The notes beneath the pieces were generated by a model, which was not told the DNA's origin, made no database searches, and was given only the letters and a program-made list of their open reading frames with translations. Of a stretch of 64,000 nt of DNA, positions 62,690-64,000 are shown piece by piece (within the stretch, counting starts at the first letter, position 1; each line of letters opens with the position of its first letter). This DNA is from Calcarisporiella thermophila CBS 279.70 (lineage: Eukaryota > Fungi > Calcarisporiellomycota): contig NW_027192192.1 of NCBI RefSeq assembly GCF_041956535.1, forward strand, positions 7,388 to 71,387, written 5' to 3'. The translations under genes and the position numbers were made by a program.

Positions 62690-63566
62690 TGTTTACTTTT
62701 TTCAGTATTGAAGAATGAGGATTTTCGAGAAAAAACCGTAATTCATTTTTTATCATTTAACCTTAACTCCATTTAGATTTCTCGCCCGTGGTTATTCTTA
62801 TAGTAATAATCTTTGTTAGAGGGCCATTTGAAAGATGCTTAATATCTGTCTAGGTTGGGTTGTTTCTACATTATAAACCATTGAGGATCAGCTTTAATTG
62901 TCTGAAGTTGCGAGCAGCTTATGCTGTTTTTCTTCGATGAAAGGTGATATTCTTTTAGAGAAAATGCACTACGAGAGTATGCCGGAAATTCGAATGAGAA
63001 TATTAGGATTGGAACATAATCTCACACGATCCTCTCCATACTATAATAATTTATGAAAAATATCAAAATAAAGTTGAATGCAGCAGTTTATATATTTTTA
63101 GGGTATTTTGGGAAACCCAATGCATTTGCGAAATTTCTTTTAGAGTACGAATTTGGAAGAATTGATTTTACACCACTTCATTGCACAGCCCACTGTTGTG
63201 AACTCGCCAATATATGTAGGTATGCCGAAAATTACAGGAGTATTGTGGATACAGACGGCGAAGGAGGAACAACTCCGTTGCATCGGGTATTACGAAGGGA
63301 CGGGTTCGAAGTTGTGAAGACGTTGGTAACCGAGTTCGGTGCAGAAGTGAATATTAATAATAATAAGGGAATATCGCCTTTGCAATGATCAGCAGAAGGA
63401 GGTAGTTGTAATGTTGTGAATATGGTGGCCGAATGGAGGGCAGAAGTGAAAGTCAAAGACAATTAGGGGAGAACTCCGTTGTATTTGATAGCACGACGAG
63501 ATGTGGATGGAATTGTAAAATTGTTGGTAGCTGAGTTCGGTGCAGAGATGAATGGCAAAGGCTAAT
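62690..63566 (+). pseudogene. Heavily decayed fourth ankyrin-NLR remnant
   Basis: HNLTRSSPYY, LEYEFGRIDFTPLH and TTPLH..VTEFGAEVNI match the paralogs. Many stops; the NB-ARC is missing. Confidence 0.8.
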
Positions 63567-64000
63567 GAAACAGCCTAATTAAATCGGGGGGCAGGATAAA
63601 GGAAAGGAAGTATGAAGTTACGGCTGATTTCACTAGAGCTAGAGGAAAAATTCGTAAAGACAGTATTTTTGTTAAGTAGACATATGGTTAGAGTTAAATT
63701 TTGATGACTAAAAACTGAGAAATGCGGAGAGTTTTCAAAAATTATTACTCTAGATTTTAATCTCATTACAGGACATTATTAACACGACAATATCTCTGAA
63801 ACTTCGATTCTTCAATAATTGAAGAGTCTAGAAATAATTTCCAAATTCTACAAAGTTGATTTTACAGTCATGTTATGTCAGTTGAAATTCCCAAAAATAG
63901 AGCAATGCAGGAATGGAAATTTTGAATTTTGGTGAGTACATTTGAGATAAATGTAAAGAGTACAGCTCATCTGACATATAACTTATCAATACAAGGGACT

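Overview
This is eukaryotic DNA with short GT-AG introns, from a fungus. The gene style suggests an early-diverging lineage (Mucoromycota/Zoopagomycota-like), but that is inference only. GC-richer blocks of conserved genes alternate with AT-rich accessory islands. The conserved genes are: Vip1-like RRM protein, Ecl1-like protein, tandem SCP2, phosphomannomutase, Arc1/EMAP-II-type tRNA-binding protein, ricin-B lectin, DENND11/Anr2-like protein, RNase H2C, LITAF, a divergent TBP, SDR, GPALPP1/DUF3752, Mei2-like RRM protein, RMD5/GID2, Ran1/Pat1-like kinase, Ash1-like GATA factor and RPL35. The islands hold (i) two tandemly duplicated secreted pacifastin-like protease-inhibitor genes with different predicted P1 residues, (ii) a convergent pair of intronless secreted Cys-rich proteins that I do not recognise, (iii) three decayed NB-ARC-TPR NLR copies, and (iv) a tandem array of four NB-ARC-ankyrin NLRs, one intact and three decayed. 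The main finding is missed by the ORF track: three ankyrin NLRs each begin with a separate ~31-36 codon first exon encoding a HET-s/HRAM-like amyloid signalling motif (e.g. SSSIGTIHADNQGVILAGNTRGNV). One NB-ARC-TPR pseudogene carries a second, different HRAM-like motif exon (SNIRGNVHGETGAYINVGNN). This points to amyloid-based NLR signalling; I found no cognate effector in the window.
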